The notes beneath the pieces are model-generated. The model saw nothing but the letters and a program-made list of their open reading frames with translations, was not told the DNA's origin and searched no databases. The translations under genes and the position numbers were made by a program. This document shows, one piece after another, positions 57,447-59,065 of a stretch of DNA of 59,065 nucleotides. Origin of the DNA: Candidatus Zambryskibacteria bacterium RIFOXYD1_FULL_40_13 (lineage in GTDB: Bacteria; Patescibacteriota; Minisyncoccia; Phycocordibacterales; DATDWN01); NCBI GenBank assembly GCA_001824295.1, contig MHWY01000003.1, positions 1 through 59,065 of the forward strand, given 5' to 3'. Every line of letters begins with the position of its first letter. Position 1 is the first letter of the stretch.

Positions 57447-58307
57447 ATGAAAAAAATACTATCGTTTATCGTTGTTCTATTATTAATAGTCCTAGGTTTG
57501 TTTTATTTTCTAAGAGATAAGGAGGTTGAGCCAATTGTGGCTGTCGGTGGCAACAGGGACACTCATGGATGTCTCGGCCCTGCTGGTTATGGTTGGAGTG
57601 AAGAGGTTGGAGCGTGTCTGCGTGCCTTTGAAATGACCCCAGATATTTTGAAAGCGTCAAAGATAGCGGTTGACCATGTGGGACCTGGCTATGCCTTGAC
57701 TGTTGTTTCCTTTAACTCATACGAAGAAGCTGGTGCGTATGACATTGTTCTTGAGAGTGGAGAAGAGAGGTCAAAACAAACTGTATATATAAAAGATTGG
57801 AAGGTTCAGAGTGTTGTAGCCGACATGGAGTGTTTTGATTCGCCAAAATATTTTGCAATACAAAAAAGTCTAGCTCCGAATGTTGGTTCAGACATTTTAG
57901 TCAAATACAAAACAGAGGCAAATCAGAATTTGCCTTGTGCTTATGTATTAGCAACCAGCGATTTTGAAATAAAAAATGTTGATGCAGAATATTTCCTTGC
58001 ATTTACTGATAACTTCCTGGTTCTAGACAAGGGGACGGCCCCATCACCACGCGGACTTGTGGTTTACGACCTTCGTTCTCGCAAAATAGCTTTCACTGAT
58101 TCATACAAGAAGCCGGTAGTAGTGGCGGGGGATAGTATTACTTATTTATCACAAACCAGTCAAAAACCAACCACACAAAACTGTCCAAACTTAAATGAGT
58201 ATACAAGCAATGGTCTTGGAGCAGTAATAATGTCTAAGGTTACGGTTGATTTGCTGACACTTAATAAAAAGGAACTTGGTGTGACAGAATGTATGGCAAC
58301 ACAGTAG
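57447..58307 (+). CDS. Membrane-anchored exported hypothetical protein
   Basis: N-terminal TM; small Cys module 'VGGNRDTHGCLGPAGYGWSEEVGACLR'. Confidence 0.75.
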   Translation: MKKILSFIVVLLLIVLGLFYFLRDKEVEPIVAVGGNRDTHGCLGPAGYGWSEEVGACLRAFEMTPDILKASKIAVDHVGPGYALTVVSFNSYEEAGAYDIVLESGEERSKQTVYIKDWKVQSVVADMECFDSPKYFAIQKSLAPNVGSDILVKYKTEANQNLPCAYVLATSDFEIKNVDAEYFLAFTDNFLVLDKGTAPSPRGLVVYDLRSRKIAFTDSYKKPVVVAGDSITYLSQTSQKPTTQNCPNLNEYTSNGLGAVIMSKVTVDLLTLNKKELGVTECMATQ

Positions 58308-58320
58308 GCGGAATTTATTT

Positions 58321-58343
58321 TTGTCAACCTGGCAGGTTGACAA
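58321..58343. repeat. REP-like palindrome
   Basis: ttgtcaacctggcaggttgacaa. Confidence 0.8.
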
Positions 58344-58436
58344 ATTGAGTGGTAAATCTGGTTATCCTTGACTGGCTTTGGAATTTGATGTAACAATGTT
58401 GTTAGGCAGTTCCGCCTCTGGAGGAGGAGAGAAACC

Positions 58437-58883
58437 ATGCGTGCTTTTACAGCGTGTATCGTTGTTTTGCTTTTGGCCTTGGTCGTTCTTCTGGCTGTGG
58501 CCAACGCCCAGCCGTCGTCGATGGTGCCAGGATATGAAGCCGACCTGGTCAAGCTTGCACCACTCCAAGACAATGGGCTGGTTCTGGGGTGTGGGGAGTA
58601 CTTCCGCTACATTGATGCCAGGAGAGGTCCCAATGAAAAGGGGATGCTCATCTTCGTTGCATCATCCGTCAGGAACGGGATGAAAATGGTCACAACCCCT
58701 GCACTTGGAATCAATAAGTTCCAAGTCCTCTTGGTCAAGGGCCTCGCGGTTCCGAGGATGAAAGTTCTCCGGCCTAAGGGCCCCGTGTTCCCGTGGGTGG
58801 AGATTCAGATAAGTCCGGCTGACTATCAACGGGCGCCGTGCTTGTCCCATGTGGCAATCGTCGGTGGCATCTCCGCGCATTGA
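58437..58883 (+). CDS. Secreted hypothetical protein (GC-rich orphan cassette)
   Basis: GGAGGAG SD, signal peptide, terminator ccctaggg...ccctaggg. Confidence 0.65.
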   Translation: MRAFTACIVVLLLALVVLLAVANAQPSSMVPGYEADLVKLAPLQDNGLVLGCGEYFRYIDARRGPNEKGMLIFVASSVRNGMKMVTTPALGINKFQVLLVKGLAVPRMKVLRPKGPVFPWVEIQISPADYQRAPCLSHVAIVGGISAH

Positions 58884-58962
58884 CCGTCCACCGCCGTTCC
58901 TCGTGTTCCAGGCCCTAGGGTTCGCTCCCTAGGGTCTTTCGTTTATAAATTGCCGATGATTA

Positions 58963-58991
58963 TTGACAAAAATAAATTAAAATATCATAAT
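58963..58991 (+). promoter_or_regulatory. Sigma70 promoter of the next, truncated cassette
   Basis: TTGACA-17-CATAAT; GAGGG SD and ATG at 59054. Confidence 0.6.
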
Positions 58992-59065
58992 CTTGTGGGC
59001 GTAACAATCAGACCATTCTGGTCTGGATTGCACATTTGAAACGAGGGATTGTCATGGAGCGTGTT

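Overview
59-kb window of a small-genome bacterium. The gene content fits Patescibacteria/CPR, Parcubacteria-like (inference): short IF-2, tandem TrbC/VirB2-like pilins, DUF11 surface protein, housekeeping genes mostly without SD. The backbone is tsaD, trxB-like, ftsZ, ftsA, ybeY, bS21, HisRS-like, lepB, pth, rpsA, gyrA, rbfA, infB, iscS-like, clpB, rpmG, murF, miaA, parB, RelA/SpoT, topA, dprA, serS, ftsQ-like, dus and dnaX, plus 10 tRNA genes. It is interspersed with GC-rich promoter-SD-orphan-terminator cassettes, a REP-flanked HUH (RAYT-like) transposase and an AT-rich HEPN-type island after tRNA-Gln. The most striking signal is non-coding. Six 138-183 bp elements sit directly behind five different tRNA genes (Val x2, Leu-TAG, Lys, Leu-TAA, Gln). 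They share covarying structured scaffolds, yet each carries an antisense copy of its own tRNA's acceptor and T-arm, usually split by a hairpin, and ends in a direct repeat of that tRNA's 3' end. Other structured DNA families are REP-like palindromes, 30-33 bp in-frame palindromic inserts in pth and dus, ~100-bp hairpins with inverted copies of their flanks, and two candidate ncRNAs. All calls come from motif recognition by eye; no database search was run.
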